From Candidatus Iainarchaeum sp. (GTDB taxonomy: Archaea; Iainarchaeota; Iainarchaeia; JAGGVJ01): 64,000 bases of DNA. A program made the translations under genes and the position numbers. This document shows positions 29,165 to 39,201 of this stretch, piece after piece (within the stretch, counting starts at the first letter, position 1; each line of letters begins with the position of its first letter). The DNA is taken from contig JAGGVJ010000019.1 of the NCBI GenBank assembly GCA_021158055.1, positions 23,940 to 87,939 of the forward strand, read 5' to 3'. The notes under the pieces were generated by a model, which worked only from the letters and a program-made list of their open reading frames with translations, had not been told where the DNA came from and ran no database searches.

Positions 29165-30240
29165 TGAAGCAGGAAAATAACTATCAAGGGCAGGATGAAA
29201 AACGCAAAGATAACAAATGACACCGGGTATATTCTGGATCTGAACGACAAGTGAGCAAGGGATTTAGACAGGCCGATTGGTATTTTTCTGATCGGATAAA
29301 TCATAACAGAGCCAAAGGTGTTGAGCAGCACGTGGGCAAGTGCAAGTGTAACCCCTGCCGGTGACCCTGTTACCATGGCTGCCATCAATGCCGTGAACGT
29401 GGTGCCGATGTTTGCGCCGAGAATATACGGGAATATGCTTTCGATAGTCAGGATTCCGACTCCCGCCAGTGGGACTATTAAAGACACGCAAACTGAACTG
29501 CTTTGGATTAAGGCAGTCAAAAACAAGCCGGTGAAAAAACTTCTCATAGGAGTCCTGAACACGTGCTTGTTCAGCAGGTGATTGAACTCGGATTTAGCCA
29601 GTGGCTTTATTAGTTTTATAAAACATTTCAGTGAAAAAAACAGCATGGCCAGTGACAAAACAAAAATGATCACCGGGTTGTTTGACAGAAGATTCTGGAT
29701 GAAGTGGGTTGTGGGGTCAGTAAAGTAATTCAGCGGGCTTGAAAAAGAAATGTTCATATTTGAGCCCAGCAAAAATTGTGTCAGCAACAACGCGCTTTTT
29801 TCCAGGACATGGAAGTATATTTCCAATGGAAGCAGGACTATTACAATCATGATATTAAACAGATCGTGAACGGTCGCCACTTCAAATGCTTTCTTGAATT
29901 CTTCTTTTCGCGTGATGTGCCCTAAAGAGACGATTATGCCAGTGATGCCTGTTCCTATGTTGGCACCCATCAGTATTGGTATTGCTCCGGTGATTGTCAG
30001 GGCCCCGCTGGCAGTCAACCCGACCAGTATGGAACTGGTAACTGAAGAACTCTGGATAATGGACGTTGCAAGGATCCCTATAAAAAGCCCTGCAATGGGG
30101 TTTGTTGTGAATGAAATCAGCTGCTGCGCAAAATCGGTTCCAAGCAGTTTAAAAGAACCGGTCATTAGTTTAATGCTTAACAGGAAAAGAAACAGGACTG
30201 CTGCCAATAAAATAAGTCTGAAGATTATTTTTTTTTTCAT
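29161..30240 (-). CDS. Na+/phosphate cotransporter (NptA / Na_Pi_cotrans family)
   Basis: Duplicated GANIGT(G/T) motifs (MGANIGTGITG and LGANIGTTFTAL). Multi-TM. Confidence 0.75.
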   Translation of the reverse strand: MKKKIIFRLILLAAVLFLFLLSIKLMTGSFKLLGTDFAQQLISFTTNPIAGLFIGILATSIIQSSSVTSSILVGLTASGALTITGAIPILMGANIGTGITGIIVSLGHITRKEEFKKAFEVATVHDLFNIMIVIVLLPLEIYFHVLEKSALLLTQFLLGSNMNISFSSPLNYFTDPTTHFIQNLLSNNPVIIFVLSLAMLFFSLKCFIKLIKPLAKSEFNHLLNKHVFRTPMRSFFTGLFLTALIQSSSVCVSLIVPLAGVGILTIESIFPYILGANIGTTFTALMAAMVTGSPAGVTLALAHVLLNTFGSVMIYPIRKIPIGLSKSLAHLSFRSRIYPVSFVIFAFFILPLIVIFLLH

Positions 30241-30475
30241 TGAATATGCAAATAGTTATATGCTGTTTAAAAAGTTATCCTGCGTAAAACATGCAGCGAC
30301 AAAAAGTTTATAGATGCCAAAAAGTTCATGCAGGAAGTTTTGTGAAAGTTTTGCAAGGTTATAAGGACAGGAAAAGTGCATGGAAAACAAAGAGTTTGAG
30401 GAAACTTTTTTTAATCTGTAAAGACGAATTTACTTTGTCGCAAACCTTGTTTTGCCGCGCTTAAAGAATTGTTTT

Positions 30476-30579
30476 GCGGGGATCGCATAGCCTGGTAGTG
30501 CGCTGGTCTCGAAATCGCCCGAAAGGGCCCAAGGCAGCCAGTGTCCCTGGACACGGGGGTTCGAATCCCTCTCCCCGCG
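30476..30579 (+). tRNA. tRNA-Ser (anticodon CGA) with a 22-nt canonical intron between positions 37 and 38
   Basis: Acceptor GCGGGGA/TCCCCGC. D arm GCAT-AGCCTGGTA-GTGC. Anticodon stem CTGGT/GCCAG with loop CTCGAA[intron ATCGCCCGAAAGGGCCCAAGGC]A. Long variable arm TGTCCCTGGACAC. T arm GGGGG-TTCGAAT-CCCTC. Discriminator G, no encoded CCA. Confidence 0.7.
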
Positions 30580-30836
30580 TTTATGCGCAATGAGAATAAG
30601 ATTTATTAAGCAAATCCAAGGGTTTTAGACAAAAGCATGGTGGGGAATCAGGAATTTGCAGTTGTTAGTTATTTTGCAAGGAAACTCCTAATTTGCTCTC
30701 AAAGCTATTCTGCTTTTGAATTGTGGCCTGGACCAGTTAATCTCACCTCTAAGGTTTTGAATGCTTTTTTTGAGTTTGTCTTATTGTAGAACTTTTAATA
30801 ATAAAATTTAAATATGTAGTCCCCTATTAATTATAT

Positions 30837-31778
30837 ATGTTTATAGAAGTACGTAAGGTAGGCAAGAACAAAAAGTATTACGTTGCGCATTCTTTTCGTC
30901 ATGAGGGAAAGGTTAGGAAAATCCGCAGGTATCTTGGACAAAACCTGACAAAAGACCGGATTGAAAAACTGAGACCGGTTGCAGAACAGCAGGTTCTTAA
31001 CAGGGCCGACGTTTACAAGTCAATTTGTGATCCCTTTTTAACTGTTTTATCAAACGAAGAACAGGAGATACTTAAGAACTTGGAGAAAAAAGCAGACTTC
31101 AAGTTTTTCCATTTGTCTGAGGAAGAATGGTGTAAATTCTCTGAAATATTCACTTACAATACTAATGCAATAGAAGGCTCTGAGATAACGCAGAGTGAAG
31201 TTAAGCAAATAGTTGAAAAAGACAAATGGCCGACTGATAAAACAAAAGAGGACATATCTGAAATTTACGGCGTGATGGAAGCAGTCGATTACATAAGAAA
31301 AACAAAGGACGCTTTGGCGATTGGATTAATTAAAGAGCTGCATAAAATTGTTTTCAAAAATTCAAAGTCTTTTGCAGGACAGCTGCGAAGAAAAGGAGTT
31401 GAAGTGGTTGTCAGAGATAGCCATGGCAACGTTGTACACCAGGGAGCCCCTGCTGAAAAAGTACTTAGTTTGTTAAAAGAGCTTATTTGTTGGTATAATA
31501 AGTACAAAAAGAAATATTCTCCACTGGTCTTAGCAGCGGTTGTCCATAACCAGTTTGAGAATATCCACCCGTTTGCAGACGGCAATGGCAGAGTTGGAAG
31601 ATTGTTGCTTAACAGTATTCTAATCAAGCACGGTTTGCCCCCTGTAAATATTGACTTCGAGAAACGGCGGGAATACTACTCTGCTTTGCAGGAGTATGAA
31701 AATAATCATAATTTAAGGCCAACAATAGAATTATTGCTGTCAGAGTACAAAATATTAAGAAGGTTGCTGAAGAGATAG
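30837..31778 (+). CDS. Fic-family protein (class II, with N-terminal inhibitory motif)
   Basis: Fic motif HPFADGNGRVGR. Intramolecular inhibitory (S/T)xxxE(G/N) motif TNAIEGS near the N-terminus. Confidence 0.85.
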   Translation: MFIEVRKVGKNKKYYVAHSFRHEGKVRKIRRYLGQNLTKDRIEKLRPVAEQQVLNRADVYKSICDPFLTVLSNEEQEILKNLEKKADFKFFHLSEEEWCKFSEIFTYNTNAIEGSEITQSEVKQIVEKDKWPTDKTKEDISEIYGVMEAVDYIRKTKDALAIGLIKELHKIVFKNSKSFAGQLRRKGVEVVVRDSHGNVVHQGAPAEKVLSLLKELICWYNKYKKKYSPLVLAAVVHNQFENIHPFADGNGRVGRLLLNSILIKHGLPPVNIDFEKRREYYSALQEYENNHNLRPTIELLLSEYKILRRLLKR

Positions 31779-31942
31779 GTGACCACAAACCATGCAAGTG
31801 TGGTCACCCGAAAATGCCTGTTAAGCAGGATCATGGATAACGGGTTATATGCCGTTTCAAATATCCTGCACAGCATTGAAATTGATACTTTTATATTTCT
31901 TTGAGTTAAATATATTATTACGCTGAACTGTTTTTTGCAGGT

Positions 31943-33334
31943 TTGGCAAAATCGGATGCAATGAGGTTAAATGGTATGACAGGCAGTAAAATCAATTATT
32001 ACAGCACCAACCGCAACTCAGAGCCTGTTGATTTCAAGGAGGCGTTGATGCGCGGCCAGGCAGAAGACAAGGGCTTGTATTTGCCTGACAGGATACCGAA
32101 GATATCTTCTGAAATGATTGATTCAATGAAGGACATGTCTTACCCTGACATTGCGTTTACTGTTACCAGAGAGTTCCTGAAAGATGACATTGATGAAGCT
32201 GATTTGAAAAGCATAACCAGGTCGGCTTACAATTTTGACATTCCTTTGGAGAAAGTTTTTGGCAGCAATTACCTGTTGAGGATGGACAGGGGCCCTACGG
32301 CTTCTTTCAAGGATTTTGCGGCGAGGATGCTTGCACGGCTCATGCAGCATTATTCAAAAGACAAGGAAAGCGAGCTTGTGGTATTGACAGCCACTTCCGG
32401 GGACACGGGAAGTGCTGTTGCCAATGCGTTTTTTGGCATGGATAATATCCGGGTTGTGGTCTTGTTCCCGAGAGACGAGGTAAGCGACCGGCAGAGGAAA
32501 CAGATGACTACTCTTGGAAAAAACATTTCTGCCATTGCAGTTGACGGAAAGTTTGACGACTGCCAGGCAATGGTAAAAAAAGCTTTTTGTGACAAGGATC
32601 TGGAATCTATTGACATGACTTCTGCGAATTCCATTAATTTCGGACGCCTGGTTCCGCAGTCTGTCTATTACTTTTATTGTTATTCAAGGGTTGTGAAAAG
32701 CAACAATGAAAAAATGGTGTTTTCTGTCCCGTCAGGAAATTTCGGAAACCTTACAGGAGGAATTCTGGCAAAAAAAATGGGCCTTCCGGTACACAAGTTT
32801 GTGGTTTCGGTCAATGAAAACGACGAGTTTCCAAAGTTTTTGGAGACGGGAAATTATTCCCCCATATTGCCTTCAAAAGCGTGTTTGTCAAGCGCCATGA
32901 ATGTGGGTCACCCGAGCAATTTTGCAAGAATAATTGATTTTTACGGCGGCCAGATTGACGAGAAAGGAAGCATGGTAAAAGCGCCGGACATGAATTTAAT
33001 GAAGCATGACCTGTATCCTGTAACTGTTTCAGACAACGAAACAGTGATGACGATTAACAATGTTTACAACAATTACGGCGTTGTTCTTGAGCCTCACGGC
33101 GCGGTTTCGTGGGCCGGTTTGGAGCACTTTTTGTCAGAAACCAGTATGCCTGTTACTGCTGTTTCTTTTGAAACCGCTCACCCTGCAAAGTTCAACAGCA
33201 AGCTCAATGAAATTCTCGGCATTGAAGTTGATTTGCCTGAAAGCATGCGCGGTCTGGAAAACAAAAACGAGTCTTTTGAAAGCATTCCTGCAGACTATGG
33301 GACGTTTAAGAAATTTTTGAAAACTTCTTTTTGA
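31943..33334 (+). CDS. thrC: Threonine synthase
   Basis: PLP-lysine motif GPTASFKDFAARM. Fold II PLP-enzyme length. The track start is TTG; an internal ATG is possible. Confidence 0.8.
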   Translation: MAKSDAMRLNGMTGSKINYYSTNRNSEPVDFKEALMRGQAEDKGLYLPDRIPKISSEMIDSMKDMSYPDIAFTVTREFLKDDIDEADLKSITRSAYNFDIPLEKVFGSNYLLRMDRGPTASFKDFAARMLARLMQHYSKDKESELVVLTATSGDTGSAVANAFFGMDNIRVVVLFPRDEVSDRQRKQMTTLGKNISAIAVDGKFDDCQAMVKKAFCDKDLESIDMTSANSINFGRLVPQSVYYFYCYSRVVKSNNEKMVFSVPSGNFGNLTGGILAKKMGLPVHKFVVSVNENDEFPKFLETGNYSPILPSKACLSSAMNVGHPSNFARIIDFYGGQIDEKGSMVKAPDMNLMKHDLYPVTVSDNETVMTINNVYNNYGVVLEPHGAVSWAGLEHFLSETSMPVTAVSFETAHPAKFNSKLNEILGIEVDLPESMRGLENKNESFESIPADYGTFKKFLKTSF

Positions 33335-33366
33335 AAAAGTTCATGCATTGAGTTTGTGAACCGGTT

Positions 33367-33669
33367 TCATTTGAACTTGTGCAGATAGCGCGGCAGGTCT
33401 ATTATTCTGTTGTTTTTGATCCGGAGTCCTTCTTTTTTGAGAAGAGTAGTTTTTTTTCTTTGCCTTGCTGAGTAGCCCCCTATTTTACCTGTTTTTTTCA
33501 CCACGCGATGGCATGGAATTGTTATTGGCTGATTGTTTTTGTTGAGTGCGTTTCCTATTGCGCGGCAGGCCATTGGGTTGCCCAGGGCTTTTGCAAGTTC
33601 CTGATATGTTGTGATTTTTCCTTTTGGTATTTGTCTTGTAAGCTCCAGTACTTTTTCTGAAAATCTCAT
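33367..33669 (-). CDS. ogt: Methylated-DNA-protein-cysteine methyltransferase (Ogt/MGMT)
   Basis: Active-site PCHRVV. HTH (TYQELAKALGNPMACRAIGNAL). Confidence 0.85.
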   Translation of the reverse strand: MRFSEKVLELTRQIPKGKITTYQELAKALGNPMACRAIGNALNKNNQPITIPCHRVVKKTGKIGGYSARQRKKTTLLKKEGLRIKNNRIIDLPRYLHKFK

Positions 33670-33735
33670 GTGTTAACCTGATTGTTTTTATGAAATGCAT
33701 TGTGTATAAATATAAGCTTATCGAATCATATAATT

Positions 33736-34380
33736 ATGAAAGAAGTGTTTTTTGCTTCCGGAAACAAAGCCAAGGTGAACCAGTTCCAGTTTGTGGCTGA
33801 TTCAACGGATCTGCAGGATGAAGTGTGTGTTGTTTCTGTTTATGAACGGTTTCCGCAAATAAAAAAGTACAGCGAGGATTTCAAGACCCAAAGGGAAATT
33901 GCAGAAAACGGCGCAAGATTTATTTTTAATCAGGTGCAAAAGCCGGTTGTCACAGAAGATTCAGTGATTGAGATTCACGCTTTTGGAAACAAACCGGGCA
34001 TAAGGTCAAATGCTTATCTAAAGGAAAAAGGCCTTGAGGGTCTTCTTGAAGACATGAAGACAAAAACAGACAGGAAAGCTGAAATTGTTTCAGTTGTTGC
34101 GTTTTTTGACGGTGTGGACATGCTTGTTTTTGAAAACAGGGTTTCAGGTTCAATTGCGCAAAAGCTTTCTTTTTGTCAAGGGGAACCTGACTGGATAGGG
34201 CCGTTGTTTAACAAGTTTGGCGGCGGGTATAACGCGGTTTTTTTGCCTGATGCCGTGAATGAAACCGGCTCAAATGCAGGTGAAAAGGTAACTCTTGCTG
34301 ATTTGACAGCAGGGGACGGGCTAAAATTTGGTTACAGGGAACTGAATTTCAGGAGATTGCTGAAAAAACTTTTTGGTTGA
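33736..34380 (+). CDS. Ham1/RdgB-like non-canonical purine NTP pyrophosphatase (divergent)
   Basis: N-terminal VFFASGNKAKVNQFQ (compare ATGNxxKxxE). C-terminal GGGYNAVFLPD (compare FGYDPIFIP). Weak overall. Confidence 0.4.
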   Translation: MKEVFFASGNKAKVNQFQFVADSTDLQDEVCVVSVYERFPQIKKYSEDFKTQREIAENGARFIFNQVQKPVVTEDSVIEIHAFGNKPGIRSNAYLKEKGLEGLLEDMKTKTDRKAEIVSVVAFFDGVDMLVFENRVSGSIAQKLSFCQGEPDWIGPLFNKFGGGYNAVFLPDAVNETGSNAGEKVTLADLTAGDGLKFGYRELNFRRLLKKLFG

Positions 34381-34427
34381 TCAGAACATAGAGCATGTAA
34401 AACACATGTAAAACGGGGTTAATTGTT

Positions 34428-35060
34428 ATGCTGGGTAAAAAATACAGGGATTTGGCGCAGGAAAAAGTACTTTTTCCGATAGGCAGGATTATCGCAAAAA
34501 CAGGTGTTTCTCCAAACCAGATCACTCTCGCGTCTGTTCCGCTGGCGCTTGCAAGTGCGTGGTTTATCATAAACGGGAATTTGGTGCCTGCTCTTTTTTT
34601 CATGGTGCTTTCAATATTTTTTGACAATCTGGACGGCGCGGTTGCAAAATCAACAAACCAAACGACTTTGTTTGGAAATTACCTTGATGCGATGATGGAC
34701 AGGTATGTTGAACTGATTCTCATAAGCGCGTTTGCTTTCACAGGGCTTTGGTTTGAATCCATTCTTGCACTGGGCGGGAGTTTGCTTCCAAGCTATGCAA
34801 AAGCAAGGGTTGGCTTGATAATCCCTTCAGACAACAGTGACTGGCCTGCAATAGGGGACCGCGCAGACCGGCTTTTGATTCTTATAACAGGCACTGCAGC
34901 TGCAGTGATCTATCCGGTTGTTTTTGGGTATTCAATGCTTGGCATCACCCTCTTGGCTATCGCGTTTGTTTCGCACGTTTCAACGCTTCAGCGTATGGCT
35001 TATGCCGCCGCGTTGATAAGTAAGCATGAAGAAACGCTTCAGCAAAAAAGTAAAAAATAA
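34428..35060 (+). CDS. CDP-alcohol phosphatidyltransferase-family protein
   Basis: DNLDGAVAKSTNQTTLFGNYLDAMMD fits D-G-x2-A-(R/K)-x8-G-x3-D-x3-D. Multi-TM. Confidence 0.75.
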   Translation: MLGKKYRDLAQEKVLFPIGRIIAKTGVSPNQITLASVPLALASAWFIINGNLVPALFFMVLSIFFDNLDGAVAKSTNQTTLFGNYLDAMMDRYVELILISAFAFTGLWFESILALGGSLLPSYAKARVGLIIPSDNSDWPAIGDRADRLLILITGTAAAVIYPVVFGYSMLGITLLAIAFVSHVSTLQRMAYAAALISKHEETLQQKSKK

Positions 35061-35154
35061 GTGGCTGAATAATTCAAGTTTGTTTTTGCAAAAAACGTTT
35101 ACTTTTTGAATTTGTTTTTGTGCGTTTTGCACCTGGGATTTTGAAAAATAGTCA

Positions 35155-36054
35155 CTATTTTAGTGAGTGATGTCTTTCAAGAATGTTGCCTGCAAGCTTA
35201 AAGTTTCCGAAAGGCATTATGTGCGCGCCTGCAAAGCCCAGCTTTTTTGCCTTTTCCAGCATTTCATTGGAAAATTTCAGGTTGCTTTGTGTGTCTTCTA
35301 TTTCTGAAATGACTTCTTCGGGAATTGTTATTCCAGGCACATGTTCATTAAGGAACTTTGCTGTTTTTGCAGAGGTGAGCAAAAGGATTCCGGGAAGGAT
35401 TTTGGTGTTGATGTCTTTTGTTGCTTTAAAGAATTCTTCAAGCAAAGTTAAGTCAAAAAAAGGCTGGGTCTGAATAAATTGCGCTCCAAAAAGTGCTTTT
35501 TGCCTGATTCTTTTTATTTCAGGGTTTTTTGCTGTTGCAAAAGATCCTCCGCCTATGAATGCATCAAACTTGTTTTCAAGGGGGTTTCCGGCAAAGTCAG
35601 CTGAATTTTCAATCATGGTGTTTACTTTTGAGATCAGTTCAATTGAGTTCATTTCAAAAACTGCTTTGGCTTTGGGGTTGTCCCCGAGTTTCGGGGGGTC
35701 GCCTGTTAAAAGCAAAAAGTTGTCTATTCCTTTTGCTTTTGCGCCAAGCAAGTCGGATTGTATTGCAATTGAGTTCCTGTCCCGGCATGTTATCTGCATA
35801 ATCGGTTCAAACCCAAGCGAAACAAGTTCAATTGACGGCACAAGCGAGTTCATTATGACGTTTCCCATGGGACAGTCCACTACATTCACTGCGTCTGCAA
35901 GCACGCAGGCTTTCAGAGCACTGTTTGTGAACTGGAAGGAGGGGGACTTCATAGGGTCTATTTCAATTGTGAGTGCAAACTGATTGTTTTCAAGTTTTTC
36001 CCGGAAAGTCTGGATTTCCTTAAGATCGTGGTTTTGAAAGTTGTTTTTTTTCAT
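35155..36054 (-). CDS. metF: Methylenetetrahydrofolate reductase (MetF family)
   Basis: IMQITCRDRNSIAIQSDLLGAKAKGIDNFLLLTGDPP, matching hlTCRDrN...GirNiLaLrGDPP. Confidence 0.75.
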   Translation of the reverse strand: MKKNNFQNHDLKEIQTFREKLENNQFALTIEIDPMKSPSFQFTNSALKACVLADAVNVVDCPMGNVIMNSLVPSIELVSLGFEPIMQITCRDRNSIAIQSDLLGAKAKGIDNFLLLTGDPPKLGDNPKAKAVFEMNSIELISKVNTMIENSADFAGNPLENKFDAFIGGGSFATAKNPEIKRIRQKALFGAQFIQTQPFFDLTLLEEFFKATKDINTKILPGILLLTSAKTAKFLNEHVPGITIPEEVISEIEDTQSNLKFSNEMLEKAKKLGFAGAHIMPFGNFKLAGNILERHHSLK

Positions 36055-36110
36055 GTTATCCTTGGTTTGCTTTTGTTTTACGTTAAAGATTGTTTTCGTT
36101 TTTACTGAAA

Positions 36111-36518
36111 TTATTTTTGGCTTTTTGAAATTTCAATGGGTTTGTCCTGAGTATATTGCAGACCGAATTTTAAAGACATTTCTGCCTTGTGCAATTCTTT
36201 TCCAAGGTATGCGTAGTGTTCGGGAAGAGACGCTTTTTCGTTTTCGATTATTGCCTGGTATACTGCAGTGGCGGTTTTTCCTACTATTGTGCTTGTCAGT
36301 TTTCCTGTAAGCATGGCACCGCCGTCAAGCACATTTTCGTAGTGTTCTGCTATAATTTGCTTTTTTTCCAGGTCATTGTGGATTACAAAAAACCCGTTCG
36401 GATCGTATTCAATTGATTTGCGTTCTTTTGCCTTGATTAATCTTACGTTATTGTCGTCGTTTTTGTTTTCTTCTGTTATTTTGAATTGTCTTTTGAGGAA
36501 TTCTATTTGTTCACTCAA
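36111..36518 (-). CDS. Hypothetical protein inside the C1 operon
   Basis: 135 aa with no recognisable motif. Its end overlaps thyA by 8 nt. TTG start. Confidence 0.4.
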   Translation of the reverse strand: MSEQIEFLKRQFKITEENKNDDNNVRLIKAKERKSIEYDPNGFFVIHNDLEKKQIIAEHYENVLDGGAMLTGKLTSTIVGKTATAVYQAIIENEKASLPEHYAYLGKELHKAEMSLKFGLQYTQDKPIEISKSQK

Positions 36519-37197
36519 TATTCAACACCTCTTTTACGTTTTCCCAGTTGTGGTCATAGATGTGGGCTGAACCGGAAACACAAGTGATGCTGCCGGTTTC
36601 AAAACCGCTTCCGTCTGCGACTTTTTTCATAAGGTTGGCAAGGCCGTACATATTTGCGGGCCAGGCTCCAAAACAGTCGTGAGAGCGAAAGTAAAGGTGA
36701 AGATGCAGCTTGCTGTCTCTTACCTGGAAATGAGTGAATATGAGGCAAGGCGCTTCATCGGATTCGGTGTCAATTGGAGGAATCCAAGTGTGGCATATTG
36801 CTCTTCTTGTGTTTGATGAAGCTTTCAGTTTTTTTATCACCCAGTCAATCTGGTTTAATTCATTGTTCCATTTGTGCAGGCGGTTCCCGTAAGTGTATTT
36901 GAATTCTCCCGGGTCGCTTGAAAGAATCGTCTGGTTTGTGTACTGTTCAAGCCGTTCTTTTGACCAGGGAAACCCTTTTGGTGTCATTGGCTCTTCAAGC
37001 GGGTTTTCTATGTATGCCAAAAGCTGGAGTATTTCTTTTGTGTCGTTGTCGTACTCGCTGTGAAGAATGTGCCCCCGTTTCCATATTGCCTTGATTACTT
37101 TTGGCCAGGTTTCCCCGATTGTTTTTCCTTTGACAAAAGTTCCGATTTTTGTCGGCTTTCCTGGTTCATTGCTTTCAAAAGTCAAGTGTGTCCCCAT
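36511..37197 (-). CDS. thyA: Thymidylate synthase (ThyA family, short archaeal form)
   Basis: APCLIFTHFQVRDSKLHLHLYFRSHDCFGAWPANMYGLANLM aligns with the E. coli ThyA [40 protein letters not shown] active-site region, including the nucleophilic Cys. Confidence 0.8.
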   Translation of the reverse strand: MGTHLTFESNEPGKPTKIGTFVKGKTIGETWPKVIKAIWKRGHILHSEYDNDTKEILQLLAYIENPLEEPMTPKGFPWSKERLEQYTNQTILSSDPGEFKYTYGNRLHKWNNELNQIDWVIKKLKASSNTRRAICHTWIPPIDTESDEAPCLIFTHFQVRDSKLHLHLYFRSHDCFGAWPANMYGLANLMKKVADGSGFETGSITCVSGSAHIYDHNWENVKEVLNIE

Positions 37198-37263
37198 CTA
37201 TTCTTGTTTTTTTGTTCATTTATAGTTTGCGTAGGTTTCGTGAAGTTTGTGTTTTTTGTTTTT

Positions 37264-38160
37264 TTATTTATAGATATTTAACCCGAAATCGTTTTCCGCT
37301 TCTTTTTGCATCTCGTGCACGAATGCTGCTGCGGGAAACACGTTTTCTGCGAGTTCGATTGGTCCGAAAAGCAAAAAGTTTGAACCAAAAGCCATCTGCA
37401 TTGAATTTGCAGCTACATTGCATTCGTTTTTGAATTTTTTGTGGTTTGAGTCTGAAAGCCATTCCCACGACGATATCGCATTGTGTATTCCGTTTCCGGA
37501 TGGAAGCCCGAACTTTGCTTTAACTGAAGAAACGGCGCGGACAGATGCCGCGGCACCATGGCCCAGCGGAGTGGTTGCCGTGTCAATCAAAAAATTCTGC
37601 ACCCCTGCTTCTTTTGCAATATCAACAAGGCTTTTTTTAAGGAGATTGTCTTCGCAGAGCAGGTTTAGCTTCCCGGCAAGCGATGAATCCTTTGGATTGT
37701 ATAAGAGGATTATCGCCGATTCAACGTCTGTGTTTTTGAGTTCGGTTATTTCTTTTTCAGTTACTGAAAAATTTATGGAGTTATAAATCATTTGGTCGCT
37801 TACGCCTGTTTCTGTTGCGTACTCGGCGCCGTAAAGGCGTGTTTCCGATTCTGTTGAGTCAATTATAATTGGGCCTTCAAAGAGATTGCATGCAAAATCA
37901 ATGCGTTCTTCCATTGACTGCGGGCTGTCTGCAAATATTTGTATTGCGCCGGGTATTCCTGTTGAATCTGATGCTTCAAGCTGTTTGTTTATGAGGTCTT
38001 CAGCGCGTTTTGAGTCAAATGAACCTGATTCGCCGGTGAGTATGTTGTGTTTTGAATAAAAAATTGTTCCGCAAAGCATGGTTGGTGTTTGCCCTGGCTG
38101 GCCACCGATTTTTGTTCCGGCAATGTCAAAAATTTTTTGTGGTTTTGAAAAAACAAACAT
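37264..38160 (-). CDS. MtrH-like methyl-tetrahydromethanopterin/tetrahydrofolate:corrinoid methyltransferase (pterin-binding)
   Basis: N-terminus MFVFSKPQKIFDIAGTKIGGQPGQTPTMLCGTIFY, compare MtrH [30 protein letters not shown]. Confidence 0.7.
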   Translation of the reverse strand: MFVFSKPQKIFDIAGTKIGGQPGQTPTMLCGTIFYSKHNILTGESGSFDSKRAEDLINKQLEASDSTGIPGAIQIFADSPQSMEERIDFACNLFEGPIIIDSTESETRLYGAEYATETGVSDQMIYNSINFSVTEKEITELKNTDVESAIILLYNPKDSSLAGKLNLLCEDNLLKKSLVDIAKEAGVQNFLIDTATTPLGHGAAASVRAVSSVKAKFGLPSGNGIHNAISSWEWLSDSNHKKFKNECNVAANSMQMAFGSNFLLFGPIELAENVFPAAAFVHEMQKEAENDFGLNIYK

Positions 38161-38177
38161 TTACTTCACCGTTTTTA

Positions 38178-38789
38178 CTATGCTGTCTGGTTTGCCTCAC
38201 TGGATTTTTCACCTATCACGCCTGTTTCGGGATCGAAAACTATTTTGTTTTCCGCGTCAATAACTGCGATATTTTCGCCGAGATTTAGGTTTATTTTTTT
38301 TTCTTTTTCTTTTTTTGTCACAAAAAACGGTTCTCCAAAATACCCCTGGTTTTCAAGTGCGCATCGTTTGATTTCTTTTATGATTGTGTCTTTGTTTTGT
38401 GTTCCCGTTAAATCAATGACCTGGACCTGTTCCCTGAAACGGTTCACTGCTTCCTGCGGAAGGTTTTCAAGAAACGGGATGGCTCCCTTTGAATTTATGA
38501 TGCGTTTGTTTTCGTCCAACCCAAACCTGCTAAGTGAAACAATTGATTGTCCTGTAAAGTGTCCTGTGACTTCTTCCCCGCACACAATTAAAAATCTTAT
38601 GTTCGGGTTTGCAATCAGGTTGGTTACGACGCGCTCTATTCCAAGGTTTTCTGTGAGAGCGCGCCCGTACAAGGCAACTTCGTTCAAGTCAAGTTTTATG
38701 TCTGAAAAAAGAGTGAGTACTGAAATGCTTGCGTTTGGATTTACAACAGTATAGCTCCCCTGCAGCACAGGCCATTTTTGTTTTTCCAT
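38178..38789 (-). CDS. MtrA-like corrinoid-binding protein (soluble MtxA-type, no C-terminal TM)
   Basis: WPVLQGSYTVVNPNASISVLTLFS...NPNIRFLIVCGEEVTGHFTGQ, matching the MtrA WPxxKGxY...NPNIRYLIVCG signature. Confidence 0.7.
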   Translation of the reverse strand: MEKQKWPVLQGSYTVVNPNASISVLTLFSDIKLDLNEVALYGRALTENLGIERVVTNLIANPNIRFLIVCGEEVTGHFTGQSIVSLSRFGLDENKRIINSKGAIPFLENLPQEAVNRFREQVQVIDLTGTQNKDTIIKEIKRCALENQGYFGEPFFVTKKEKEKKINLNLGENIAVIDAENKIVFDPETGVIGEKSSEANQTA

Positions 38790-39201
38790 CACTATGAATA
38801 TGGCAACGGATTCTTTTATAGATTTACTTTGCTTTGTTTGTTTGGTTTTATACCTGGTTTTTGTTTAGCTTTAATGCAAATTTTGTTCTCAAAAGGCTCC
38901 TTCAAGAAGCCCTTATTTTTTACAGGGATGCACTATTATTTGATGAAAATATAGTGGTTTAGAGGATTTATTTTTTTGAAAAAAACAAAAATGTATGTTT
39001 TTTCGACAATAAGTTTAAAAATAAGTTCTGTAAGTAAAATTAATTACAGTTTATGAGTTATTTTGGCATGCATCAGAAAACCTTGTTTTTAGTTATTCTG
39101 ATGCATAAGGGTTTTTTGTTACCGTGTGGTTATTATTTGCGGCGTGTATTTATTATTTGCAGTACTTTATTATTTGGTTTTGAAAATTTAAAATGTGATT
39201 A

